In this document: in pieces, positions 35,900 to 48,600 of the stretch | Layout of the letters: each line of letters starts with the position of its first letter | Position numbering within the stretch: position 1 is the stretch's first letter | Origin: Glaucostegus cemiculus | Lineage: Eukaryota | Direction of reading: 5' to 3' | NCBI GenBank assembly: GCA_976551045.1 | Contig: CDPCPM010000108.1 | Span: 7,068,001 to 7,132,000, forward strand | Length of the DNA: 64,000 nt | Translations under genes and position numbers: made by a program | Notes under the pieces: generated by a model | Seen by the model: the letters and a program-made list of their open reading frames with translations, nothing else | Databases searched by the model: none | What the model was told of the DNA's origin: nothing

Positions 35900-36680
35900 A
35901 AAAAGAATTTGCTGTGCTGGAAATCTGAAATAAAAGAAAATATTGGAAGCACTCAGCAGGTCAGGCAGCATCTATGAAGAGAGAAACCATTCCCTTTTGG
36001 GAAAGTTGGAAAGGGAGAAAACAAGTTAGTTTTCAATAGCTGAGAAGACAAAGGAGGGATGGGTAGAAAAAAGGGAATATCTCCAATAGCGTGAGACCAA
36101 ATGAGTTAACGTCACATAGGTTCAGATTATGTTGCTTGTTTGTGAAATATGTTGCTAGCAATACGGGGCATGCCCAGCTCACCATACCATACCAATAGAA
36201 AAAGGTAAAAAAAGGAGCTAAAGTGTTGACAAGCAGAAATGATCAGTTCTGATACAGACAAAAAGAGCGATTTTACTTAAAGTTGGAGAATTCAACATGG
36301 AGTCCTGAAGACTGCAATATGCCCATAGAGAAGATGAGGTATTGTTCCTCTAGTTTGTGTTGAACCAAACTGCCTATTAGTGCAGTCTAGCCTGCTGGGC
36401 ATGTCCCATGGCCTTGTTATTAGTAACACATTATAGATACAAAAAAGCATGATCTGATCCTAACTGCTACTCTGTTATATTAACTCATTTGATCTCACCT
36501 TTTCAGAGATGCTCCCTTTCTCCCCTGTCCTTCCCCAGCTTCTCAGGTACTGTAAACTAACTTGTTCTCTTGCTCTCCTAGTTCTGATGAATCATCTCAG
36601 ACTTGAAATGTTAACTGTATCTCAGGCCACAGATGCTGCCTGACTTACTGAGTGTTTCCAGCATTCTGTTTTCATTATAC
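35900..36680. mobile_element. Penelope-like element relic with inverted 3' ends
   Basis: Minus 36273-36362 encodes QHKLEEQYLIFSMGILQSSGLHVEFSNFK*, a GIY-YIG C-terminal motif. Termini gcactcagcaggtcaggcagcatct and agatgctgcctgacttactgagtgtttccagca are inverted copies. Confidence 0.8.
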
Positions 36681-36778
36681 CAGAGACACATGACCGACAT
36701 CCCAGTACATTTTGCAAATCAAAAATAACAAAGCCCATTTATAAGGCTGCATATTAAATGTGAACTGATACATTACAC

Positions 36779-37003
36779 ATTTTGTTTTAAACAGATTCTC
36801 TTTGCTTTCTCCAAACACTTGCATCGTTTGTAATTGCTGAAATCGCACCTCCATTGGTAAAACCTACTTGCTTCATGCATGAACAACAATGTGATTGAGT
36901 ACTCTTGTTAAAATTACATTCGTCATTGTAATTAGCTTTAATCACAGCCATCCTGGGTGCATGAGAACGTGTGAACAACCAATTCACAACCCTAGTCTAT
37001 TTG
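36779..37003. repeat. Copy 2 of the ~225-bp duplicated non-coding element
   Basis: Direct repeat of 31641-31864; shared blocks ctccaaacactt, gtttgtaatt, gcatgaacaacaatgtgattgagt, ctcttgttaaaatt, tcattgtaattagct, attcacaa and agtctatttg. Confidence 0.92.
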
Positions 37004-39394
37004 AATATGAATCTCTTCTGTAACTAACCATAGAGCGAAACAAAGACCACTCTCTCAGTAATTTTTTAAAGCACTCCCTTCCAGTCTTCTTTTACAATTT
37101 CAGAGATCTATTTGCTAAAACAAGGGTTGTTTAATGAAGACAATGGCTTATTATTTCTGCTGAGTGACACTCTAGGCCTGTTCATTGCAGGCCTGGCTCT
37201 TTCAGACTCTGCCAAGGACACTGAACAAAGACCAAGCAGTCAGGCTTGCATACAGAAACTTCTTTAAAGAAAAGCCTTCAGACTGTTCTTGTAGCACAGA
37301 CCTACAGTTCTGCTACCCTACCAGTCACAGCCTGGAACATTTTTTTATATAACTGAGTCAAACACTGGCAGGGGTTTAGGTCAGGGACAGTGGCGAAGAG
37401 AACTAGGGACGGGGGTGGGTTGTTTAATAAGATTACAAGCACATATTCAGTGGGCCACCTATTGGTGAAATACTTTCAGACATTCGTCAATCAGATTCAC
37501 TTGGGAATGATGGGGAAATATAATAATGCGGCACAATACATTCAAAATCACAACAGTGTGGGGACAGGAGATATAAACAGTACATGGAAATTAAACTGAA
37601 ATAATGCTTCCCTACTGGGTGGTAGTAAACTATGAAATATGATTTGCATCCTTTCATTTAAGACTAATAGGCCTCCAAGGTGGATTAAATGTCAGATATA
37701 TTTTTTAAAAAGCTACTTAAATTCTAATAAGCCTCCAGGGCTAAGTACAGGGAGTGGTATGAAGTTTTATATTTGATTTATGAACATCTGAGTGTTCTTT
37801 TTATAAATTGTTACAAAAAGAAAAAAAAATCTTCAAAAAAATTATGAAAAAATTGGAAGCATTGTTTTAGCTGTTGAACACCCATCATTCAAAATTCAGA
37901 AGAAATGGGCTTAGGAGCCAGCAACACATGGTTTAAATGTGGTGATTGGAGATATCATTCTGTGCCAAAACATGGAAATAAAAAATCCTCCAAATTACTT
38001 TTTAGCTGGAAACCTCCAGCAGTTCCTTTAAAGACCAGCAGTTCTTTTAACTGAATGCCAAAAACAACCTCAGCACCCTACAGGCTGTGTACTTTCACAG
38101 ACCAATTTGGTAACGGGGCTGAAAAAGATATTATGTTCCTAAATATTAGAAGCACCTACCAACAGTTTCATATGCAAGATCTGGATGCTGACAGCCTCAA
38201 CCAAAATAGCGGGAGGTGCACTTCCGGCACAGAATCACCCATCTTATGAAGCTATTTTATGCCTGCAACACCACAGCACTGCCATCACATTTTTGAGCTG
38301 ATATTGTGGCTAAGAACAGAAGAATTTTACACTTTTGTCAACTACTCATTGCTCTTTTGCCCTCCCCCAACCCTTGAGCAAACAAAAACTTCCACTAAAT
38401 ATCTACAAAGGCTCTTTTCATAGTAGTAAACTGCATTTAGCACCAGCAGTATTTTCAATTCATCAGTAAAAAGCACAGGTCCAACCTGCTCATTTAGTTT
38501 CTTTTATATCAGTTACAAAATATTACTTGAATTTTAATGAGGGGATAGTTGCATAATTTAACAGGGCAACTCCTTCCATTGGTTGAAAGCAAACTTAATC
38601 ATGAATACACAAAGTGAAAATAACCCAGAGACTCACATGCAACAAACCTTTCCTAAATAGAAGTATTTTCCATCACCATTACTAAAGCTTTACAAATAAA
38701 ATATTCCATCAAGTTCTGTTATTGCACATTATTATAACAACACCATGCAGACCCATAAATGTGTAAACTTGATAATTATAAAGTTCCTTCAGCTCTTGAA
38801 TCTTACTTTCAATCTTGCATATCCTTAGTTTGGTCAACAATCAGGGACTACTTTAATTTTAAAGAGCAAATTGATGTGACAATATGATTCATCAGGATGG
38901 GAAGCAATGAGCCAAGTTACCAGCAACAATGGATCATTGTTTTTGGTGTATTTCACTGAGTAGCTAAGTGGCCTGCTGAATACTTGAATAGGAAACCACC
39001 TGGGAGAAGTGGTTGAGGAAAGCATTTGACTGAATTCAATAAGGACCCCAAAAACAATGCATTGCACATGCTAAACAAACAGGTTATCAGTATGAGTCTG
39101 ACCTCCAAGTTTATTCAGGGAGACCCCCATCTCAGTTTATTTGAGGTTGAACCTACCGTGGTGTGGCCTTCCTTACTGCAACTGCTTGATTCAAAATAGT
39201 GAAATCCTGAACATATACATTTAAAAAACACACATATTCATTCTTTGGACATCACTGGTAGAGCTGATAATTATCAAATGTCCCCTAATTGCCTTCAACA
39301 AGTGCTGAATGGCCACATCCTTGAATTCATTGAGAAATGGTATTACTGAGTGGTTGATGAAGTCAATCTAAAAGATATCAAAAAGTTAACCACA

Positions 39395-39530
39395 GAAATT
39401 ACTGGAAATGTTCAGCAGGTTAGACAGCTTCTGTGGAAAGAGAAACAAAGTTAACATTTCAGGTTGAAGACCCTTTGTCAGACTTTATCTGAAATGTTAA
39501 CTGTTTCTCTTTCCATAGACACTGCCTGCC
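39395..39530. repeat. Palindromic Penelope-terminus-derived relic
   Basis: gtggaaagagaaacaaagttaacatttcag followed by ctgaaatgttaactgtttctctttccat as an inverted pair. Confidence 0.7.
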
Positions 39531-39699
39531 GTCCAGTGACAAAACCTAGTTTTGAATAGAGACCACGGCACTCCATTGAAAACTGTTTTGTACTTTATGA
39601 TTTTGCCCTGTGTCATTTCTGAATTCTACAACTTGCTTAGGATCAGACTGTTAGTATATTTTTCTTATTCATTTCTTAGGGTGGTGGTATTGCAAGAAA

Positions 39700-41600
39700 G
39701 ACCAACACATTGCCTATTCATAACTGCCCCGTAAAAGGTGGCAGTGAGTCACCTTCTGAAACAGCTGATGAAGATAGTTCCACTTAGCAGGTGGGTGGGG
39801 ATTCCAAGACTGGACCAAATGATGATGTAGAAGCAGTGATATACTTTCAAAGCAGGATGGTAGTCTTCCAGTCTGCCTTTTCTTGTCCTTCTCAGTGGCA
39901 AATGTCATGTATATGGAGGTTGTTGTCAGAGTAGACTAAAGTAACTCCAGTGAACTCTTTATGTGGAGCATGCTACAGTCACTAGTGGTGAAGGGATTTT
40001 ATGTTTAGACTGGTGTATTGTATACCAATTGAGTGGCCTTCTTTGTCCTGGATGGTGTTCAGCCTCTTGTGTCCTGTTGAAGCTGTACTTATCCAAATGA
40101 ATGGATAGTATTCCGTCATCCTGTGCCTTATAGATAGTGGAAAGACACTGGATGAGTCACTTTCCATAGGATGCCAGCCTTTGAATTCCAATGGTATAGT
40201 TGAGTTTCTAGTCATTGGTGACCCTCGGAATATTGCTGGTGCAGGACTCAGAGATGGTACTACCTTTGAAGGTTAAGAGTGGGTGGTTAGACTCTCTCTC
40301 ATTGGAGATGATTATTACCTGTCACTTACTAGCCTGAATGTTGTCCATGTCTTGCTCCATACAGACTTGTAATTGGGGATGGAACTGAACATTATACAAA
40401 CATTTGCAGTCATCTCCACTTCTTACTTACAATAAAAGGAAAGTCATTGAAGCAATTGGCAATGGTTATGCCTAAGATGATGTCCTAAGAAACTCTCGCA
40501 GTGATAACCTGGTAAGATTTTCCTCCAGCAACCACAACCAACTTTCTTTGTGTAATGTATGACTCCAAGGCACGGGAGCCTTTCCCCTTTGATATCCATT
40601 GAGTTTATTTTATCAGTGTTCCTTGTTGCCGCACTCGGTCAATTGCTGCCTTGATATTAAGGGCAGTCACTCTCACCTAATCCCTTGTATTCAGTTCTTG
40701 CACCCATGGGTCAAACCAAGTGCATGGGGGAGGGGGTTGATTCTGGAGCTGAGTTGTCTTGGCAAAACCCTGAATGGGCATTATGAGTAGGTTACAGGAG
40801 AGTAAGATTCACATAATAGTACTATCCATTACACCATCTGAGAGATAAGCACTGAAAAGTGAGTTAGGTTGGATTTGTCCTGCTTTTGTAAGCAGTACAT
40901 AACAGAACAGTTTATCACATTGTAGGTTAGATGCCAATATCATAACTACTGGAACAGCTTGGCTAATGGTGCAGCTAGTTCTGGAGCTCAAGTGCAGTCC
41001 CGTAGCCTTTGCTGTATTCAGCGTTTTCAACCATTTCTTGATATCACCTAAACTGAATTGAATTGACTGAAGGATGGCTTTCGTGATGGTGGGAATCTTA
41101 GGAGGAAGCAAGATAGATTATATACCTGGCAGTTCTGGCTGAACAAGGTTGTGAATGCTTCGGTCTTTTCCTTAGCAACTGTATGCTTGAGGATGGGCAT
41201 GTCCTTCGAGCTGCCTCTTTCCATTAGCTGTTTAATTGTTTACTACCATCCATGCCTAGGTGTTATAGGACTGCAGAGCTTTGATCTGATCCATCAGTTG
41301 TACGCTCTGTCGTCTGCTGCATCTGATTCTTGCTGTTTAGGACTTTCACCAGGTTAGCACCTCATTTTTTACTTCTACCTGGTGCTGTTCCTGGCCATAC
41401 CTCTGCACTGCTCATTGATCCCCTGGCTTGATTGTAACAGTAGAGTGAGGGGCATATTGGTCCATGACGATACAAATCATGGTGGTGTACATTTCTGTGT
41501 TGCCAGTGGGCCAGAGAACCTCACAGATTGCCAGTTCTGAGCTGCCAGATTAGTACTCAGTCTATCCTATTTAGCACGAGTGCTGTGCCACTAAACACGA
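39700..41600 (-). mobile_element. Decayed CR1/Jockey-group LINE (family of 22900-25680)
   Basis: Minus ORFs PPKIPTITKAILQSIQFSLGDIKKWLKTLNTAKATG and EYYPFIWISTASTGHKRLNTIQDK; 3' end near 39710 is homologous to 25630-25680. Confidence 0.82.
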
Positions 41601-43509
41601 TGGCAAAATTTTCAAGAATACAGCTGCCAAGTTGTACGTGTCATCTGCAAGTCTTTGAACTCTATGTAGCCTCAACATCACAAGCCTTAAGGAAAAATGG
41701 AAAAGAATGTTATCTCTGCTGAAAAAACGCTTTATAGGTATTGATATTGCAATGTTTTAATCGTCATTACTGGTAGCATAGTGTTTCTGTAAAGCTCTGA
41801 AAAATGCAGGACTGACAAGTGGCAGCGATCTTGTTTCTCTTCTACAGCAGGAGGTTTGCCAAGTTCGATAGACAAGACCACCTTAATGGCAGTATTTTAG
41901 TTACCATGCCACTCTATGAATGGAACAAGTGTTTTTCAATCACAGTGGAATGATCCCATTACTACTTTGGATCTGAATGGTGGAGCATTTTCAAATGTTA
42001 CTTTACTGTTCTTTCTGATTTTCCTGTGTGGAAGGGTACTGTGTTGTGTCATGCCTTCCTAACGCTTTCAAGAGAATAACCACAGAAACTGAAATAATCA
42101 ATAATATATAGGATTTGGCATGTAGTGTACATATTTCATTGAATTTTTTATGTAAAGAATCTCTTAGGATGAAATAAAAATGACAAAATTTCTTTTTATA
42201 TAACCATGATCTTCGTGATGGGATTTTAAGAGCTGTGTAAGGCACACCTGACACGAAAAAAAACTGTTCGTAATAGTTCTGATTTTGTTGAGCATTCAGT
42301 AGGGTACTCACATCTATCTTTCACACTAATGAGTCAAGATACAAGATTGAACAAAAACTGCCATTTTTCTCCTAGTAACTGAAATGTCTAATAACCTCAA
42401 TAAAGGATTAAACAAAAATACAAAGTAAAATATTACATTCACAATGGCATGATCATATTGATGCCTTGACTTATAGCTTTTGTCCTTCAATTACTTTCAT
42501 CATGTTTTTACTCAACCTCTCCGTACAGGCTGGGCTTCAATTCAGTTCAGTTCAAGCCTGATTATTTTTGCAGAACTGAAACCATGAACTGACTTTGGAT
42601 TGCACAGTTTGACCTTGCTCTGTGCACCAACTTTCTAATAATGTATCCATACCATTCAGTTGGGATTGATGGAATATTTATCTTCATGTTTTAAAAACAT
42701 TTGTCCTTGAGTATAACTGCTTGCACAACAGCATTAATTTCCTGTTCCTAAATTACTCTGAGACTGTTGTGGCAATCCTGCTTGAACTGCACCAGGGAGT
42801 ATGGTGAAGACCTTCCCACAAATTTCTGGAAGGAAATTTCAAAATCATGACTGAGTGACAAGTCCAAAGATGGTATATTGTATAATTTCAAAATAATTTT
42901 GAAGGTAACTATGTTCACAATATTATCACTCTAGTCTTTTTCAATGGCTGAAGTTTTAGAAGGGAAGGTTGTAAAAATAAACAATGAACTTCACTAGCTC
43001 ATTCTACTGTCATATCACATCAGTGATATTGGGACTGTCAATCAAAGTAAATTTTACTGAGCTTCCAAAGTGGTTGCATCCTTATATTAGTCCAGGCAAC
43101 TGGTGAGCAGTCCATCACGTCCTTGACTTTGGCCTTATGGAAAGTGTTGAGGATTTTTGGGATTAAGAGGTGAAACAGTCATGGCCAACCACCCAGCTTT
43201 CGTCCCACTTTTGTTGATTATATTGCTGATTAGTTAGGTCCAGTTAATTCTCTGGGCAATGACTATCACCAAAAAGTTAAGTTGGTCAAGATTCTATCAT
43301 CACAGATCATGGGAGACAGCCATTTATTTTTATGGTGATTGTCAGTGAGCCCTTTGTGGGATTAATGTTATCTTGCAGGCATTGGCATTCAAAAAGCAAC
43401 AGCAAAAAGCTAATGATTTTGCTGGAGTGGGAGTAAAGGTGCTAAATTGGATAAGAGCAGGTACTGAGAGATGCATAGAAAGTGATCTGATATAGGAAGC
43501 GGTGAGGAA

Positions 43510-43720
43510 TGACACCATATGGAAGAGCATATGCTCCAAGGATTTAGGATGCTGCACGAGGAATCTTGGGAGAAGAGATGCAAAATTAGAGAGATCATCA
43601 GATATAGGGGCAGGAATGCTGATAGTAAATCCTCCAGACATGTGCTCAGAAGATGGCGGGAGGAGATGAATCCAGTCAAGTTCCAAGGATCTGATACAGT
43701 GTCTCATGAAAGTCAATTAC
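43510..43720 (+). pseudogene. Harbinger Myb/SANT-like accessory gene N-terminal relic
   Basis: Frameshifted reading GRAYAPRI*DAARGILGEEM...SSRHVLRRWREEM resembles RERAPRFSDAALEVLVEEV...PSRHxLRRQWEEVA. Confidence 0.6.
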
Positions 43721-44559
43721 TTCAAATGCCGTGTCCTGATAATTTATATCATATATCTTAGTCACTACAGAATTCACCATGACCCTATCACTGACCTATC
43801 AACAACTTCTGTCAAAAAGGGCTTGTATCTAATATGCTTTTGCTTTAACATCCTAAAAATCTCAACACTTGTGGAAACTGTACATCCTTATCTCACAGAC
43901 TGTACACTGCCCGTTGCTCAAATATAAGAGCCTCATCACCCAGCATTCACTGATACACTTCCCCTTTTCTTGCAGGAAAAGAACAGGAATGACCCATGGA
44001 GGAGGTGGTGTTGCCCTTTAGATTGGCCAGAGTTGAGGCTGTAGCCAGCAGCGGAGCTAAAACAATCAAAAAGTACAGAATCCTTACATGTGTTCCTCAT
44101 TTCATATCTCACTTCTTCATTTTTTATGACTGACAATCTACAGATGCCATAGTCAAACACATTTTACTCCTTCTCGTGACACAACCTTTCTTTGTGAATT
44201 ATTCTATTCAGTTACACGTGATACCCAATAATATACCCTGGCCACAAAGTGGAGGAACTGCATAAAAACTGTGATGCTGAAGAGGCATTGTGACTTGATC
44301 TGTTGGTTGTAAGTCAGAAAAGATGCAGGAATGAGATGCAAAAGGAGGAATAGATGTTAGGATTTTATCTTTTTTGTTTGTTTTAGCTCTGCTGCTGGCC
44401 ACATACGCAACCAGCTCAGATGAGCACACAGCAGTTAACATCAGGAGGATCAGTTGGAATTGCATTCTGTTACAAAATGCTCACAGAGGAGAATTTTGAT
44501 GGGGCGATCTATTGATGAAAGCTGCTGGGCATCCAGAATAAAATGAAAGCCCATCAGAG

Positions 44560-45670
44560 AATGCTGTCAAGGAGCATTTCTGTCGAGAACCAACCTGGCA
44601 CAGGATTTTGCACTGAGAGCCTATCCTTTTCCCAGCTGATGCATTCATCCTGCAGAGTGCAAAGGATAGGCAGAAAGAAAAAGGAGACAAGGTAGCTCTG
44701 TTAATGAAGGATGAGATTACTGCAAAGATGAGGAATAATACTGGCTCAGAAACTCAAGATGTAGAATCAGTTTGAGTACAGATAAGAAATTGTCAGAGGT
44801 CACTAGTGGAGTGTATAGGCCCTAACAATAGCTACACTATAAGACAGGGCATAAATCAAACAATAACGGGGACTTGTAAGAAAGGTACTGCAATAATCAT
44901 ACATGATTTTTATTACCACACAGATCATACAAATTAAAATTGACAGACTTAGCTTGAGGACAAGTTCATGGAGCACATTCATGATAGCTTTTCACAGTAA
45001 TATGTTGAGGAACCAAACACAGTTTAGATCTAGTTTTGCGTAATGCAACAGGATTAATTAATGATCTCATTGTAAAATATTCCCTAGGAAAGAATGACAC
45101 CGAATAGTAGAATTTCAAATTCAGCTCAAGGGTGAGAAACTTGGTTCCAAAGCAAGTGTTCAAAACAAATAAAGGCAATTATGATACGAAAGAAAAGATC
45201 CATGAGAAAGATGCACCATCCGTGGATAATTAAGAAAGTTAAGGATGCTTTCAATTTGAAAGAAAGGGCATACAATGTTGTGAAGATTAGTGGTAGACTA
45301 GAGATTGACAATTTTTTAGAAAGCATGACAGAAAAAATAGAAAGAGAGTATGAGAGAAAATTAGAAATATAATGTAAATACAGACAATAAGAGCTTCTAC
45401 AGGCATATTAAAATGGAAAGAACAGATAAAGTACTCATTAGTTCCTTATGGAATAAATTTGGGAATCAATAATGGAAAAGAGAGAAAAGGAAGAGATTCT
45501 ACATTACTGTTTTGGATCAATTTTCAAGACAGCAGCAACTAAAGACACATCAATAATAATAATCAAGAGGTAACAGAGAGAGAGGAACTTTACTGGCAAT
45601 TACCAGAAAAAATACACTAGGCACACCAATGTGGCTGACATGTCCCCTGGACTTGATGGACCCACATCCT
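44560..45670 (+). mobile_element. CR1 LINE ORF2 endonuclease and linker fragment, decayed
   Basis: RKDR..GK...VALLMKDE, GVYRP, QYVEEP..LDLVL.N, HPWIIKKVKD and KSFYRHIK motifs, with SPGLDG at the end. Confidence 0.8.
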
Positions 45671-48600
45671 TACAGAAAATGGCAGCAGAGAAAGTGGTTG
45701 CTGCCTTTGGTCACACACCAGTGAAGGAATGGAATCTTATCTATTATAAGCAGAACTAGCATGTAGCAATTAAAAAACAATGTGAATTTATTCAGTGGAA
45801 CTCTGCAACATGGGAAGTTTGTAATCCTAGCAAAGTAAATGTCCTTCTCTTTGTCTAATGGTTCTGTCAAATAAGAATGATTTACAGTTACCATTCTTTG
45901 ATTAGAGAGCATCTGTGATCTCTCATTTTCAACAATGTCTAGGAAACAAAATGTTGCAAATATTTTTGGTTGCAGTTTAAAGAGAAAGGCACATAAAAAT
46001 TTAATTACCCCAGTCATCTTGACAGTTCTTGACAACTTGGTTCTTGCTCTGCTTTTACATTGCAACTGTAGTTTTATTGGTGGATTTCAGATTTTTTTTA
46101 TTGATGGGCAGATTTCACAACCAGTGTTTGTCATTGAGTTTCAAGCAGGAGAATGACTCTCTGGAGACCTTATGTACATAGGTTGATTATCCTCCCCCTC
46201 CCATTCTCCCTCTTTAGGCAGCTTGTTCTGCTTTGTGTACTATTCTTGTCATGCTTTATTGTGGGCAGAATACTACTGATGTGGCTATACTTGGGAGCAA
46301 ACGGTTTGCACAAAATCCTTGAAATTTTTTTGGCATCAGTTATGCTATACACTGTGGCAATTTCAACTTAAAACAAGGAGGAAAGCACCAAATACTGTGA
46401 AATCACACTACGAGCCAGATATTAACAAGCAAATAACCAGTAAGATGTCGATGGTTCTTTTAAATAGTGCCATATGGTTGTGGGTGGGGTAGGGTGGGGT
46501 GCGAGGAGTTGTGGTGCTTGAAGTGGTGGTGTTCCTTCATTCTGTAGCTGAATATGTCTTCAGCTGTGTAAGATTAAAGAGGGATAGGCTGGACAGTTGA
46601 GCTCCAAAATGGTGCTGTTGATTGGCATCATGATTTGTCTGCTTTGAATTTATCCAGCGGGCATTAGCACTACACAAGGTAACATCTTCATCAATATGTC
46701 TGGCGTCATTTGTGCCAGAGGTATGAAAACATGCTTTGGGTACAACTGTAATACTCAAACGGCACCCAAATAATGAGTGCTGCCAAACCTAATTTCATGC
46801 TCAGAATGTCAAATAAAATATAAAACAGAAGGTAACATCCCCTTTCTATCAGATAGTATGATTAAAAAAAAGAATCAGTAGAATAGCACAGCAGCATGGG
46901 AGAAAACAGATGTCTCTCCAGAAGGTTTCAACAAGACAAGCTTTTTTATCACGAGATTAACTAAATCTGAAAGGAGAAAGCTACATCAAAGGCATCTGTC
47001 CTCTTTCACCTCACTCAACTCCACATTAGTGACATTTTTCAACTACCCCCAAGCCTTTGACTCTTTCCCCATCACAGAGAAAGAACAGTCAATGAGAAAA
47101 CTGGATGGTACTGCGAGTTGTTACAAATCGTCCTCTCTGTCAGTTTCAAATCAGAGGAGACACGGTATTCCTCTACCATAAACAACAGTATCAAAACACT
47201 ACTGATTTTATATAGCTGTGATTTCTTTTTTACATTTTGCTAGTGCTCGTCACCTTGAGTTCAGAGTGATAAATATTGTGAGCAAACATATAAAAACATT
47301 CACTATTTTCCTAATTGGACTGCAACGGCTGCTTCACCTTGGGGCTAGATATAGGAAATTCATCAAAGACTAGTTTATGGCATCAACTTGACAGTACAGC
47401 AGTTCATACAAGACCAATATTTCTGTTTTCAGCTTAAGACTAAACTGGAACAAGCTTCAACATTTCTGACTGACATATTTTGTAGCAGGGTGGAGGAGGA
47501 GGAGTAATTCCATTTCTAGTTAAAACAAATGACGAATTTATACTCTTTTGGCTGTCATGCTATTCTTTAAAATGAAGTGGTTGTTTAAGTTCAGGTGGGA
47601 GATTGATTTGTAAATTCCTCTGGAGCTGTGAATTCAGTGATGATAAGAGGTCTAAAACTGTGCATTACAGTGGGTCCATTGCAAAACACATTGAGGTGGA
47701 TTGGGCTGGACCCTGCCAATGCTTGGACTCACCTCTGGCAGTCCATGCCTGCCCACATTTATATTATCTTTGGATGCGCAGGGCTGAACCAGCTGATCCT
47801 CCACATCCAACAGCCACTTGGAAAGGTGGAATGGACTCCAAGTAAGCATGCAGCCAGCTTGCTGGCTTTTGTAGGCTGTAAAAGCCTTTAAGGACTTTAA
47901 ATTTCTGCAATTGTCATGGACATTTTAAAATTACTATAATGGATTGAAATGATCTGTAATAATTCCAACATATTTTCAAAAAACATTAAAAACACATTAC
48001 AAACTAACAAAAATTAAAAATATTAAAATAAAGTATAATAAATAGATCATTTATCTACATTTAGGATTTTCCACAAAATCGATGACTCCATTGAAATTAA
48101 AGGGTTCTTTCGTGAAAGCCCAGTGGCAAAGCAGTGACTACTGAGGAGAAGGTCTAGATCTACTGCCATCTGGCTGACTTGGACTTCTGCTTTTGGCCGC
48201 ACAAACACTGATCCTTCATGAGGCATAAATATCTGATAGCCAGCGGCTCTGTTTGGCACTGCCGGTAATTGGTCAGTTCAGGTCATCCCTTGTCTTCATT
48301 TCAGCATCTAATAAACAGTCACTGATCAGTAGCTAAGCTTCTTTTCAAACTGACCACTTTTCCATAGTTGTAAATCAGTTGATTTCCAAGCTTAATGAGA
48401 TGACATGTGTCTTGAATTCAAGAACTGATGGAAGTATGGGAAAATTATTTCTGTGGCTCAGCAGTAAGGTGCCAGGTTTCAAAACAGTGAACCCATGTGA
48501 GTGGAATTCTCACTTAAGTTATTGAATGTAGACATCATATTACCCCATTCAGTATAAAATCTCTCAAGCAGCCATAACAGGTCATTTAATAAAATTAAAA

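Noticed and set aside
38014-38050. Short tandem ccagcagttcYtttaa, two copies
   Set aside because: Only two units, consistent with ordinary slippage; not an array or CRISPR-like structure.
47630-47800. GTGATGA...CTGA as a C/D snoRNA (also ATGATGA near 33968)
   Set aside because: It lies on the strand opposite the host gene, with no proper terminal stem outside the boxes and no recognisable rRNA guide.
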